From positions 124,001-188,000 of IMG/VR virus record IMGVR_UViG_3300025012_000026: DNA of 64,000 nt; one strand, 5' to 3'. The notes beneath the pieces were generated by a model. It did not search any database, had not been told where the DNA came from, and worked only from the letters and a program-made list of their open reading frames with translations. The translations under genes and the position numbers were made by a program. Of this stretch, positions 10,345-21,474 are shown in pieces (position 1 is the first letter of the stretch; each line of letters begins with the position of its first letter).

Positions 10345-11874
10345 TTACCAATCCATAGGTATATTAACTATACCTAATTCTTTATATACATTTCTCGAAT
10401 AATCATTTTCGCTGATAATCTGAAATTCATCTGTACTTCCAAATCTATTCTTAGTGACAAATATAATAGTATAAGACTTATTTTTGTCAAGTTTAAAGGG
10501 TATGCGAGTAAGTTTATTTTTACCTTCTAATCTAAAACATTTTAATTCATTTTTACCACCTTCAAATTCATCATCAAATGGTTTTCTTATCATTAAATTT
10601 GTTGATGCTACATCTACGATATTCTTAGCCAAACCAATATTATCATTTGTAAAATGCCTTTGTTTTGTACTACTTTTTCCTAATTGATATGTAATCCATA
10701 TATGTACATTTTTCCCTGCTGGTTTAATACAATCATAAATAGCAACACTATCCTTTGTCATTTCTGTCCATACTTGATCTGTTGAATTAATATCTGCACT
10801 AGCCTTCATTGTATCTAGTATGAACATTGAGCACCCTAATGAATGATATTTTTTGATAGTTTTAATTGCTAAAGACGCATTATATTTAGGAAATGGAATT
10901 ATAGTAATATTTTTATTCTGTTTCTTTTCTTCTATCCAGTCTGCACATTGATGTAATAATTCTTTATCTTCTGGAGAAAATTTACCATCTCGCAATCTAT
11001 ATTTTTGAAAATCTTTTTTGAATATATTATTAGCCACCCATATAATTAATTCTTTTCTCCATTTTGTCACATCTTCTTCATTTATCATTATGCATAATTT
11101 TTCATCATAAGTTATAACTTGTGGAAGAATTAATTCAATAGTTGTTGTGGTCTTACCTGCCCCACTTAAAGCTCCTAACATTGTAATATTACCTTCTAAA
11201 TTACCTCCAATTTCTTTATTTAGAATAGGGGAATTATACAAAGGCATCCCTACTGCCAATCCTTTATCCATTTCATCTACTAAATCATGAATCTCTTCGC
11301 ATAAATTATAACTCTTGACATCTCCTTCTGCATTGATAAATATATGATTTAAGTGAGTTTCATAATATGCATAAATTTGTTCAACATCCATATCCGCAAA
11401 CTTACTTAATTTATCATACACTGGAAATTTTGCTTTCAATAACCCCAACACAGCATTCCATTTATGTAGTTCACTTATATAACCAATTAAGTTTTCTTCC
11501 TTGACATACTCTTTAGCTTTTTCAATAGTATCATAACCACCATATTCTTCATATTTAATCTTCAATTTATTGTGTTTTTCAAGATATAATCCAACAGTTA
11601 TTTCATCTAATGATTGTTTTTTCTCTTTAATTACTACATCATGTGCAATTACAAAATAAATCTTCCATATATTATTACTAAACTCTTCTACTTTTAATTT
11701 CTCATTTGTATAAATTAATTCAGGATTCTTAAAAAATATAGAAGTTATATTGGCTTCTGCTGATAATTTAAACTCTTTTACTTTTTTTACAGCATCAATG
11801 AGTAATTGTTCATAAGGACTTATTTCTTTTTTTACAACAGTAGTTTTTGACTTTGTTTTTGTAGCAACAGCCAT
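10345..11874 (-). CDS. dnaB: replicative DnaB-like helicase (SPbeta YorI-like)
   Basis: Walker A GALSGAGKT; INEE, ILDTMK, TYQL and KNRFG motifs. Confidence 0.88.
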   Translation of the reverse strand: MAVATKTKSKTTVVKKEISPYEQLLIDAVKKVKEFKLSAEANITSIFFKNPELIYTNEKLKVEEFSNNIWKIYFVIAHDVVIKEKKQSLDEITVGLYLEKHNKLKIKYEEYGGYDTIEKAKEYVKEENLIGYISELHKWNAVLGLLKAKFPVYDKLSKFADMDVEQIYAYYETHLNHIFINAEGDVKSYNLCEEIHDLVDEMDKGLAVGMPLYNSPILNKEIGGNLEGNITMLGALSGAGKTTTTIELILPQVITYDEKLCIMINEEDVTKWRKELIIWVANNIFKKDFQKYRLRDGKFSPEDKELLHQCADWIEEKKQNKNITIIPFPKYNASLAIKTIKKYHSLGCSMFILDTMKASADINSTDQVWTEMTKDSVAIYDCIKPAGKNVHIWITYQLGKSSTKQRHFTNDNIGLAKNIVDVASTNLMIRKPFDDEFEGGKNELKCFRLEGKNKLTRIPFKLDKNKSYTIIFVTKNRFGSTDEFQIISENDYSRNVYKELGIVNIPMDW

Positions 11875-12345
11875 TTACCATAATTCCTCCAATTCCTTAT
11901 CAATATTTTTATCTTTTGATTTTGCTGTATATTCAGCTCCTTCATGTATTTGATTTTCTAATTCTATATGTATGGTTTTTTCTTCTGCTTTTTTAGAATT
12001 TTTTAATCTTAATACCACATTATTTATTTCATTTTCAACAAAACTCATAATAGTATTTATTAAATGCCGTTCATCTTTAATCTTATCTCTACTTGGGCCT
12101 AAATATTGAAGAATACTATATTTACAAAATTTACAAGTCAATAATATAATTTTATAATCATAATTTGCTTGTGGTTTCTGTTTTTTATTTGCCATAAATG
12201 TTCCTTTATGTAAACCTTTAAGTCTCAATGCTAAGTATCTTGGGAATTTTACACCCGTTTCATACTGTAAAATTTCTTTAAAAACATAGTTTGCTAATTC
12301 TAACCAATCCTCTTGTTCTTGTTTCTTGGTAATTTTCTCTTCCAT
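11875..12345 (-). CDS. SPbeta YorH-like replication-module protein
   Basis: W..L..YV.KEIL.Y...LRLKGL motif and syntenic position; RBS GAGGTG places the start at MEEKITK (12345). Confidence 0.6.
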   Translation of the reverse strand: MEEKITKKQEQEDWLELANYVFKEILQYETGVKFPRYLALRLKGLHKGTFMANKKQKPQANYDYKIILLTCKFCKYSILQYLGPSRDKIKDERHLINTIMSFVENEINNVVLRLKNSKKAEEKTIHIELENQIHEGAEYTAKSKDKNIDKELEELW

Positions 12346-12374
12346 TAAATCACCTCTATTAGTTTTATTAGAAC

Positions 12375-12404
12375 TAGGGATTATTGACAAATCAATAATC
12401 CCTA
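12375..12404. terminator. intergenic stem-loop, probable terminator
   Basis: TAGGGATTATTGA-caaa-TCAATAATCCCTA perfect 13-bp stem. Confidence 0.6.
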
Positions 12405-12432
12405 TTAAATTCATAGATATGTGTATATTTAT

Positions 12433-13413
12433 TTACAGCATTTCAGCGAATTCTAACACCTGATTCAATTTTTCAATATCATTATTAACTAAATCTTTGA
12501 TGTTGATTTCTAAATCTCTGATTTTCTTTCCAATCTTCTTTTGATTTTCCTCAGAACTAGTTTTTAGTAATGCTTTAATTTGGTTAGCAATATCTTCTGC
12601 TTGTTCATCTTCTGCTTCCATAAATTCAGTGTCTTTACTTACCCCTACTGATAAGTCTAATGCTTTTTTAACTCCAAATTTCTTTGTGCTTTCCCATTTT
12701 GCTCTCCAAATTTCAAAAGAAGGATTTTCAATGATCTCTCCTTTTTTGGTTACTCCAGTTCTATCTTTATAAATTTTACCAAAGTAAGTTACATTGCCAT
12801 CTTTGTCTTCTTTAGTAAACATTTGAAGTACAATATCAAAATCATGTTCTGCCTTCTTAGCTAAATCTGGTGCTTCTCCAATTTTCTTTTTATTAAGAGA
12901 AGATGGATCATCGAAAATATCTTTTTGATGAGCAATTTCAACTACCCACTTACCCATCGAAGAAAATATGATATAAGCAGTTTTTAGAGCTTGATTCCAT
13001 CTTTTAATATGACCCCAATCACGAGTCGCGAGGCCCAAATCTGACATATCCACTTCTTTGCCTTTTCTCATTTGTTTTCTTGATCTTTTTTCAACAACTT
13101 CGTATGCTGCTGCTTGCATGTTCTCATATAATTTTGTTCCACTATCAATTGCAATAGTATCAAAATCTTTTAATGCTTCCTCATCATTTAATTCATCTAG
13201 TGTTTCTTGAACTTCAGAGGCAGATGTGGTACGCATGACTCCAATGATATTAGGATTGCTTTCAAGATAATATGTATTACCATCTTCACTATCTACTAAA
13301 TTAATATTAGGAAATGTTCCTGCAAACGTTGATTTTCCTGACCCCGTGGCCCCAAATGCTAATACTTTACCACCAACATATGCTAAAATTTCTTCTTTTT
13401 TCTGAAAACCCAT
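12433..13413 (-). CDS. AAA_24/Sak4-like P-loop ATPase (SPbeta YorG-like)
   Basis: GATGSGKST, VDSEDG, IAIDSGT, IAHQKD and KDRT motifs. Confidence 0.8.
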   Translation of the reverse strand: MGFQKKEEILAYVGGKVLAFGATGSGKSTFAGTFPNINLVDSEDGNTYYLESNPNIIGVMRTTSASEVQETLDELNDEEALKDFDTIAIDSGTKLYENMQAAAYEVVEKRSRKQMRKGKEVDMSDLGLATRDWGHIKRWNQALKTAYIIFSSMGKWVVEIAHQKDIFDDPSSLNKKKIGEAPDLAKKAEHDFDIVLQMFTKEDKDGNVTYFGKIYKDRTGVTKKGEIIENPSFEIWRAKWESTKKFGVKKALDLSVGVSKDTEFMEAEDEQAEDIANQIKALLKTSSEENQKKIGKKIRDLEINIKDLVNNDIEKLNQVLEFAEML

Positions 13414-13462
13414 TTATTTAATCTCCTTTATTATTTATTTTATTATTTAAATGATTATTGTG

Positions 13463-13493
13463 TTTATCAGGAGGAATTTAACCTCCTGATAAA
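13463..13493. terminator. intergenic stem-loop
   Basis: TTTATCAGGAGG-aatttaa-CCTCCTGATAAA 12-bp stem. Confidence 0.6.
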
Positions 13494-13524
13494 TTCTGTG
13501 AAAATATTAATATATAACTATTAA

Positions 13525-14766
13525 TTATACATCTAACAATTTCATCCATGCTTCATCGTCAACTGCTTCTTCGTCCTCCTCAGTATCATCATCTTCTTTT
13601 TTATCTAGTGTTTTCTCAAATTTAGCAACACTTTCTTCTAAATCTTCTGTTTCTTCCTCCTTCTCTTCTTCAACTTCAATAAATTGAGAAAGAAAAACTA
13701 AATCGCTTTCTTTATATTTATCTTTATTGATTGCTAAAATTGGAACTTTTGTTTCTCCTTCGCCTTCAAATGTAATTAAAGGTCTTTTTATAAGCATTCT
13801 TTTTTCTTTATTACCACCAATTGCACATTTACTAAGAGCTTCTTCCTCTGTGATAACATTAAGTTCAATAAGTTCTTTAATATCTTCAGGAAGATCATCT
13901 AGAGTAATACTTACTACACTTGCCCCTTCAAGCATTTCTCCTTCTACAGTGACTTCTACAAGAGTGCCTTTTTTAGCAGGAGCAAAACATTTAGCAATGA
14001 GTTTCTTAGTATTTTCTGGTTTCACCTTATCTACTTCTAACTCAAATGTTTTTGTGAATGCTACTGTTTTCTTTATTTCTTTGCCGTCATATTTACCAAC
14101 ATAGTCAACTACATATCCCGTAATTGGAAATGATGCTTTTTCTCTATCTAATTTACCAACTGCATTTGCGTCACAAAGTATTGTTTGTGTAAATACTGCT
14201 TTATATTCTTCTGGTTTAGCTTTTGATAAGAATACAGAATTAACTTCTTTTTTAATAGAAACACTATCATTATATGCTTGATATTTCAATTTTCCTTTAA
14301 CATTTACTACCATTCCATTTTCAAGATGTTGTTGTATGTATTGAATTGCATCATATGCAGATAAAAATTTATTTTTGAATGTTTTATCTTTTGTATCTTT
14401 TTCTAAACCAACTTTGATGAAACAAGAGTCTGCTACTGATTCTAGAATTGTTTCGTCAAATCTATCATCCCAATCAATAGTGAATTTATTATCAAAATCT
14501 TCTTGTTTTTTACCATCTACTTCTTTTATACCATGAACATATACTACATTATCTCTTTCTGATCCATAACCACCCATCATATCTGAATAGATGACATTAC
14601 CATTTCCACAATCTACACCAAGATTCATTTGATTCCAAACCCAATCTGATTTTGTAGTATCTTTATCCATTGTGAAAGTATAATCATTTACTTTTGCTTC
14701 TCCGATGAGTAAGAATTGTGCTTTACCTTTTTTCAATCCTAATTGTTCCTCTTTAATTTTTGCCAT
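13525..14766 (-). CDS. YorF-like putative ssDNA-binding protein
   Basis: beta-rich OB-like body with a very acidic C-terminal tail ending in hydrophobic residues; first gene of the replication operon; start likely MAKIKEE. Confidence 0.6.
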   Translation of the reverse strand: MAKIKEEQLGLKKGKAQFLLIGEAKVNDYTFTMDKDTTKSDWVWNQMNLGVDCGNGNVIYSDMMGGYGSERDNVVYVHGIKEVDGKKQEDFDNKFTIDWDDRFDETILESVADSCFIKVGLEKDTKDKTFKNKFLSAYDAIQYIQQHLENGMVVNVKGKLKYQAYNDSVSIKKEVNSVFLSKAKPEEYKAVFTQTILCDANAVGKLDREKASFPITGYVVDYVGKYDGKEIKKTVAFTKTFELEVDKVKPENTKKLIAKCFAPAKKGTLVEVTVEGEMLEGASVVSITLDDLPEDIKELIELNVITEEEALSKCAIGGNKEKRMLIKRPLITFEGEGETKVPILAINKDKYKESDLVFLSQFIEVEEEKEEETEDLEESVAKFEKTLDKKEDDDTEEDEEAVDDEAWMKLLDV

Positions 14767-14943
14767 ATTATCTATTCCTTCTTTCAATAATTTTATTTTA
14801 TTATTTAATGCACATGATCTATTAAAATATATTGAAAGAAGGTGGAGATTTATTGAATTTGATTGGTCTTCTACATTTTCCTTTATTCTTCAACCACTCA
14901 GTCCTTTCTTAATAATTAACTATATTGTTTTAACCACTTAATA

Positions 14944-14972
14944 ATTATAACATAATCAAATTTTCATGTCAA
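14944..14972 (-). promoter_or_regulatory. sigma-A promoter of the replication operon
   Basis: TTGACA-17-TATAAT with TG extended -10. Confidence 0.8.
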
Positions 14973-15065
14973 CAAATATTATTTATTACTTTTAACAAAA
15001 CATAAATCGCATAAAATTCCACTTCTATTGGATGCAATATATAACATAATTATTTATGCCTATTT

Positions 15066-15146
15066 AAATGACCATAAACCCTTATGTAGCAACAGTTACA
15101 GGACTATTTTACTGATTTTATTGAAAATTTGAGTTTATGGTCATTT
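15066..15146. repeat. non-coding element copy 1 with terminal inverted repeat
   Basis: AAATGACCATAAAC (15066-79) / GTTTATGGTCATTT (15133-46); shares AAACCCTTATGTAGCAA and TTGA.AATTTGAG with copy 2. Confidence 0.65.
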
Positions 15147-15189
15147 TAAGCATAACCCCATAAAATGAAAATTTCTTGAGTAATACAAT

Positions 15190-15480
15190 TTACATTACAA
15201 ATTGACTTAATTTATCCCTTAACTCCAAATGTGAATTAATCTTTGCTTCTGCGTCCTCTTTAACTTGCTTATGACTCAATAATTCTTGCTCTAATGCTTC
15301 GATCTTTGCTTGACTTTGTTCTTTTGATTGAGCCAACATCTCATTTGCCTGATCTATTTTAGCAACTGCAATTTTAAATGCGGTTACTGCATTATCTACA
15401 ATACCTACTGCATTGTCAATCATCATGGAAGGGGTTACTGCACTCTTTTTAAACATTTTCATTCTTATTCCTTCTTTCAT
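15190..15480 (-). CDS. coiled-coil hypothetical protein
   Basis: heptad-rich 96-aa ORF. Confidence 0.6.
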   Translation of the reverse strand: MKEGIRMKMFKKSAVTPSMMIDNAVGIVDNAVTAFKIAVAKIDQANEMLAQSKEQSQAKIEALEQELLSHKQVKEDAEAKINSHLELRDKLSQFVM

Positions 15481-16352
15481 TATTAATTTTACATATAAGT
15501 TGACACAAGCAAATATGTTCTCATTCTTCTTTGTTTAAAACTATAATCTGCAACATATTGACCATAACGTACAAAGCAAAATTCTTCAAAAGTATAGATA
15601 TCCATATCGCAACGAGAAAAATCTAAATATAATTTGTCTAATATTTCGTCTGGATAATTAATTTTAAATTTCTGTAACATTTGTTTTCTCCTTTAAATTA
15701 TTATTAACTCCTCTCTACTACTTGAAATAAAACACCACAATCTGCTTTATGTAACCAATATAACTCATCCCTATTCAAATTAACTTGAATACGATAATGC
15801 AATGTAGTTTCTTCCATAATCACTCGATACGTATCTTTCTTGAAGAAATTAAAATCTTTAAGGAATTTTACTTTTTGCATTATATCAACCTCCTTAATTA
15901 TTTTCAATAGTTAAAGTTGATTCAATAATTAACCATTCTTTACTTTTGAGTTTTTCTTCAAGAAAATCAAATGTATATAAATCACTAGACCATGTATAAC
16001 CTTGACCTAAATCAGTTAAGAAGAAAAAGTTACCGTCTTTATTTTCCTTTTTTGTAACTAATCTAAAGTCTTTATAACTAACTGAAATTATAAAAGGCAT
16101 CTTTGGCAATTCAAAGTTCTTTTTCTCATTAATTACTATATTCATATCAACCTTCCTCTCCTTCCATAATTAATTCTTGTAGTGCAATAAAAGCAACATT
16201 ATTAACCAATGGCCCACCTTGACATTCATACTCACAAAACTCTAATTGTTTAATTGCTTTTGCTGGATTATTTTTAAATTCATCAATCATTTTACGTGAT
16301 GTTGATTCCATATGTATTCACCTCTTTAGATATTTAAAATAACTGTTTTAAA

Positions 16353-16706
16353 TTATTTTATCAAAGATTCAATAGTTCTCTCTAATCCTAATTCTTGTCT
16401 ACAATAATGTAAGAAATCTTTACTATTCATTAAACTTTGAAGTTCATTTAATGAGTAATTTTTGGTAGATGAATAACATACTACTTCTTTTGTAACATTT
16501 CTCCCTTCTGATTGCCAAAGACTTAATTCGCAATTATCAACCGCATATCTACTATTAAATAATTCGATTGCTTCTTCTTTAGATTCTGCGAATATTGGAG
16601 TAACCCATCTATATGAATGATCTTTTTCTTTGAATCTATATTTAAAGAAATATAATTTATACAGGTCATATGTAAACTTAACTGCAATAGTATAGACTTT
16701 TCCCAT
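16353..16706 (-). CDS. hypothetical protein
   Basis: ORF with GGAGGTG RBS. Confidence 0.65.
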   Translation of the reverse strand: MGKVYTIAVKFTYDLYKLYFFKYRFKEKDHSYRWVTPIFAESKEEAIELFNSRYAVDNCELSLWQSEGRNVTKEVVCYSSTKNYSLNELQSLMNSKDFLHYCRQELGLERTIESLIK

Positions 16707-16996
16707 AATTCACCTCCAATATAGAATAAAACTAAACTTTGAACTAATTAATATTCATCATCACTTTCTTCTGGTTCTTCTAATTCCATTCCAATAATAT
16801 TTCCGATAGAATATAACGCCCATGCCTCTCCATTGCTACAACCATCATTAAATACATCATTGCTGTTTCCTTCTGATCTAAGTTCTGTGTAACCACAACA
16901 ATATGCTTTATAATGTCCATTTATGTATTCTTTAATTTCTTCAAGTATTTCTAAACTATCATTCATGAATTAATGCCTCCTATTTATTTCATACTT

Positions 16997-17560
16997 CTAC
17001 TTACTAAACTCAATGAAATTTCTCCAAAACAACAACTCACTACTACTTCGATAAGCAACTCTTTCCAAACTATCAGCACACCATTTACGATATTTTTCTT
17101 CACTTTTAAATCTTGAATCAATTCTTTTCTTTGCCCTTCGAACCAATGAAACGCCTTTCATATCAGATATCTTTTGTGAATACTTCTTTAACTCAAAATT
17201 ATCAAGATCAATTTCAATCAATCCAATATCTTTTGGAATTAAATCAATAGGAATAGTGTTAACTGGACTTATGATATATGTATAGGCACTTGCACAGCAA
17301 AACCCATTTTTAAAATCACTCAGACTTGCTTTTGCTTCAATTCCTTTAACATCGTAATGAAATTTTCTTGGTGCTACTCTAACCTTTTTGATACCTACAC
17401 AATCAATGATTTCTTTTCTCTTTTTGCCAATATCTAAGTCCCACATGCCACCTACTTCAGTAGCAAGCATTTTGTAACCCCATCCAAATAATATGTATTT
17501 AGATATTTCCTTTAATAGAAAGTGCGTTTCTGTTTCATTCTTTGGTCTATCGAAACTCAA
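16997..17560 (-). CDS. MmcB-like PD-(D/E)XK nuclease
   Basis: TEV...IIDCVG...GIEAKASLSDF...YIISP...IP..IGLI pattern. Confidence 0.65.
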   Translation of the reverse strand: MSFDRPKNETETHFLLKEISKYILFGWGYKMLATEVGGMWDLDIGKKRKEIIDCVGIKKVRVAPRKFHYDVKGIEAKASLSDFKNGFCCASAYTYIISPVNTIPIDLIPKDIGLIEIDLDNFELKKYSQKISDMKGVSLVRRAKKRIDSRFKSEEKYRKWCADSLERVAYRSSSELLFWRNFIEFSK

Positions 17561-17619
17561 TTAATTATTATCACCTCGAATCATTATTTATTTATTTCAC
17601 ATAATCTAACCACATACTA

Positions 17620-17648
17620 AGTATAACATTTTCACAACCATATGTCAA
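17620..17648 (-). promoter_or_regulatory. sigma-A promoter
   Basis: TTGACA-17-TATACT with TG extended -10. Confidence 0.7.
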
Positions 17649-17860
17649 ACATTTTATTTTAGTATTTAATAAAATTATCCATCTTTATACCAATCACTAA
17701 TTCCATCTTCCTGTGTTTCACATTTGCCATTTTCATCGAGTGCAATAAGTTTTCTACTTTCTAAAGCAATTGTACAAGAATCCTCCCAATTATATTTACA
17801 ATCTGAGTTTTTACAATTGATTAATGTCATTTTATAATTTACCTCCTTTCTAATTATTTA

Positions 17861-18328
17861 TTAAGTATCCTTTATTTTTTGATTCCACAAACGAACATCT
17901 TTATTCAATTCATATATTGCACTATATAACAAATCACATTCATCGATATATTCACTATCATTGATTTCAGATATTGCTAATTCAATAAATTTAATTGAGT
18001 TTAAAATTCTTTGTCTTTGAAGATAGCAACTGTCTAAATTCATGTCTACTTCTTTTACACCATTACATTTATTATCAATAATCTCAACTGTCATTTCTTT
18101 TCTTGTTTCAAATTGTGTATTTTCTTTCATGAATATTTCTGCATCTTTCTGATCAAATGTGCTTGTATCTAATTCAAGACAATCATCATCATATTCGCAA
18201 GTGTATTGAGATGAATTTATCTTTTTCCAAGTTTCAGTAGTCCATTGATTACCAAATCCATCTGTTTGAGATTTATTGTAAGTGAATTTTAAGATGTTTC
18301 CTTCTTCTAATAATTTAAAATAATTCAT
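17861..18328 (-). CDS. hypothetical protein
   Basis: 155-aa ORF with AGGAGG RBS. Confidence 0.65.
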   Translation of the reverse strand: MNYFKLLEEGNILKFTYNKSQTDGFGNQWTTETWKKINSSQYTCEYDDDCLELDTSTFDQKDAEIFMKENTQFETRKEMTVEIIDNKCNGVKEVDMNLDSCYLQRQRILNSIKFIELAISEINDSEYIDECDLLYSAIYELNKDVRLWNQKIKDT

Positions 18329-18376
18329 AATTCCTCCTTTCTAAGCACATGAAAATATCCTTTTATTGGATTATTT

Positions 18377-18466
18377 GATTTTAGAAACCCTTATGTAGCA
18401 AGGGTTTCAGGGTTTAGGATTTTAGATATTTACGTCTTTCTTGACAATTTGAGGTATTTTAGAATC
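18377..18466. repeat. non-coding element copy 2
   Basis: GAAACCCTT-atgtagc-AAGGGTTTC palindrome (18384-408); TTGACAATTTGAG block; weak terminal IR. Confidence 0.6.
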
Positions 18467-18773
18467 AATTGAATGTTTAGATGAATTATTCAAAAATTAA
18501 ATCCTTAAAAATAGTTGTTTCTCCACCATCTTTAGAAATATTATTTTTCAGTTCATCTAGTGAATCACTTTTATAAAAATATCCTTGTCCGTCTAATCTT
18601 ATTAAAACATAAATATGATGACCTACATTAATAAAATTAGGTAATGCAGAAACTATATACCACTGACCTGTATAATCACTATAAGCATAATTGCCAATTT
18701 GCATATCTTCAGTATTTAATTTATTAATTCCATACATATTTATCATTCTCCTTTATTATTAAATGAATCAATC

Positions 18774-19316
18774 TTATTGTAAGTTTATTTTATACGTAGT
18801 ATCTATAGTTCCTTTTGGTACATAGATGTAATACTCTATTGCGCTTGGTTCTAACCAATAATTTGCTCTCTCGTCTTTATATTTCTCTTGTTTGCATATA
18901 ATTGATGGCGACTTTTCATTCGTCTCAACTACATATGTTTTATCCGATACCACTTTACCCATCATTTTACCTTTATCAGTTTCATACATGTAAAAGTAAT
19001 ACATTTGTTGTTCAATATATCCGCTACTTATAAATATCGATCCAGAAAACGATCCACTAATATTTGAATTATCTTTAAGTGCAATTATTTTTGATTCACT
19101 TAATATAATATATTCTTTTGGGGTTTTAGATAATTCATCTGCATGTTTTATTAGATATATAGATGGAACGATAAATATAGCAGAAATTATTAAACCAATA
19201 AGTAATGTTTTAACACTCTCAAGAAATCCATCGTCTATCCAAGTAAATATAAAGAATATTAATGTTGTTGCTATTGCTATCATTCCAAACAATAATAACC
19301 CACCTATTATTGCCAT
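18774..19316 (-). CDS. membrane protein (2 N-terminal TM helices)
   Basis: two hydrophobic segments followed by a soluble domain. Confidence 0.7.
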   Translation of the reverse strand: MAIIGGLLLFGMIAIATTLIFFIFTWIDDGFLESVKTLLIGLIISAIFIVPSIYLIKHADELSKTPKEYIILSESKIIALKDNSNISGSFSGSIFISSGYIEQQMYYFYMYETDKGKMMGKVVSDKTYVVETNEKSPSIICKQEKYKDERANYWLEPSAIEYYIYVPKGTIDTTYKINLQ

Positions 19317-19369
19317 TTAGTTTACCTCCTATTATTTCTTCTGCTCATATAAAACGGACATTTCGTTTA

Positions 19370-19774
19370 CTAATCAATCTTATCCACAGTAATTGGAATC
19401 CACATCTTAGGATTATAATTCAATGTGTATTTATATTTATCAACATTTTTACTTCTTAATTGTTCAACAACATAGGTTACATTGTCTGATAAACCAATAA
19501 AGTGTTTTTGATAACCACCATTCTCATCTTCTACTGTTACTTCAAGTTGATTATCTTCTCTATCAGCATTAATTGATATTCTTCCTGTCATCTGAAATAA
19601 TACATCACCTGTGATACAATCAATTACCGTAAGTTGACGTACAACATTAAAATTATCAGCTTCTAATGATAAATTGTAAGATACTTTTTCTGCTTGGGTT
19701 TGACCACAACCAGTAAGTGTAACTGATAACAAAACTGTACATAATGCAGTTGCAAATATTTTTTTATTTTTCAT
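19370..19774 (-). CDS. lipoprotein
   Basis: basic N-terminus, hydrophobic core and lipobox LTGC. Confidence 0.75.
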   Translation of the reverse strand: MKNKKIFATALCTVLLSVTLTGCGQTQAEKVSYNLSLEADNFNVVRQLTVIDCITGDVLFQMTGRISINADREDNQLEVTVEDENGGYQKHFIGLSDNVTYVVEQLRSKNVDKYKYTLNYNPKMWIPITVDKID

Positions 19775-20005
19775 TTTATATTACTCCTTCTTTTAATTTC
19801 TTATTTTACTTCCGCAACATAATTAATTTGCTCAATTTCTAAATTACCATCGTAATAATCAGTAGCATTATCTAATACCATTTCTTTTGCCTTTTGAATG
19901 GCAGTTACTTCATCAAATGCTTCAACCACTAAACTAGCACAATAACCAACTGCCATTTCGACTACAAACTTTTTCATTTAATTTAACTCCTTTCCTTTTT
20001 TTTAT

Positions 20006-20302
20006 TTATGGCACTAATTCAATATGGTCAATCTTCGAATTGAAAAATCCTACAGTATTTACCTTTACTCTGTCTCCATCTTTAGGATTAAGTTTGACTA
20101 TCTCTTCAATTCCTTTTTCTGTAAAGTCATAGTCTCTGAGCAACCAACTATAATTAGCATATTGATTAGCTATACCTTCTGTAAATACGACCTTAACTCC
20201 ATCATATTTATTTACTCTAGTTACATTTGTACCCTTACCACCACAACCAGTTAAACCAATTGATAAAATAATTGGCAATATTATATAGGTAAATTTTCTC
20301 AT
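20006..20302 (-). CDS. lipoprotein
   Basis: MRKFTYIILPIILSIGLTGC lipobox. Confidence 0.7.
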   Translation of the reverse strand: MRKFTYIILPIILSIGLTGCGGKGTNVTRVNKYDGVKVVFTEGIANQYANYSWLLRDYDFTEKGIEEIVKLNPKDGDRVKVNTVGFFNSKIDHIELVP

Positions 20303-20894
20303 ATTAAAACCACCCACATCTTTCCACACCAATTCTTAATTTTGACGGATATTATCATAAAATAATCTCTCTAAATACAATTTTAAATTTATCTTCATCT
20401 AAAATAATCAATGGTTCATTTAAATAATTAATTTCCTTAATTTTGAAGTTATCGCCCTTAAAATATATCATATGATCAACTTCAATGCTTTTCCCTATGT
20501 CTAGAATATCAAAGTACAATCCTTCTTCATTCTTGGTTCTAATTAGAGTATTCATTTTTAATCAATTCCTTTCTAATCTCTAGAAAAATCATTTATTTGT
20601 CTAGAATAGTTATCGTTGGCAAAGGATTTATTATTTTATCTAATAATTCTTTCCTTATTGTTTTAGTAATTTTCTCTAAAATATCAGGGATATATTCTGC
20701 ATCAGATTCAAAAGTTAATTTATACTCAAATTTACTCATACTCATATATCATTCACCTCCCTATATATTTTCTTCTTCTCTTTTTTGCTTTATATACGCT
20801 ACCAATTATGTATCCTAATATATCCTGTTCTTTTGCTTTAGTTTTTCTCGCTACTTCTTTATCTGCTTCATTCTTAAGATATACAATGATCTTT

Positions 20895-21434
20895 TCAGCT
20901 ATTAGCCACCTCAATATAATAAATACTATTCTTAGTATAAATTATATATTCTGAACCAATAATATCTATATTAGTCACTCTGGATGTAGTAATTGGCCCT
21001 TTACCAGTTAACATAACTATACTTCTACCAATTAATATATCTTCGCCAAACTTAACTGATAAATTGATAAAATTACTATGTTTATCATTTCCTAATGAAT
21101 CAGTAACTTTAGTGATAACACCTTTGATTGTCAAAACTTTCCCATTGATAATATTGCCTTCATCATCTACATAAATTTTATATAAAGGATTACCATTAAT
21201 ACCGTACCAGCTACCATTAATATTTTCACGTTCTTTAGGGGTTAATGGTCTGCAATCTGATTTCTTAAATTTAACATCAATAAATCCATAACCTTCTTCA
21301 AAGTTTCCGATGTAATATGTATCATCTTCAGAATGGATTCTAATCTTATCATCAATATTGCGACCAATATTACCTAATTTATGTATCGCAGGACTATTTG
21401 TTTTAAGCATCATAATTTTGTTCATATTATTCAA
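20895..21434 (-). CDS. hypothetical protein
   Basis: 179-aa ORF with GGGAGG RBS. Confidence 0.65.
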   Translation of the reverse strand: MNNMNKIMMLKTNSPAIHKLGNIGRNIDDKIRIHSEDDTYYIGNFEEGYGFIDVKFKKSDCRPLTPKERENINGSWYGINGNPLYKIYVDDEGNIINGKVLTIKGVITKVTDSLGNDKHSNFINLSVKFGEDILIGRSIVMLTGKGPITTSRVTNIDIIGSEYIIYTKNSIYYIEVANS

Positions 21435-21474
21435 TTGTTTACTTCCTCCCTTTATTATATATTTATTTTAGTAT

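Noticed and set aside
3521-11874. Inteins in DnaE or DnaB
   Set aside because: Lengths are normal, and no C...HN-(C/S/T) splice motifs or LAGLIDADG blocks were seen.
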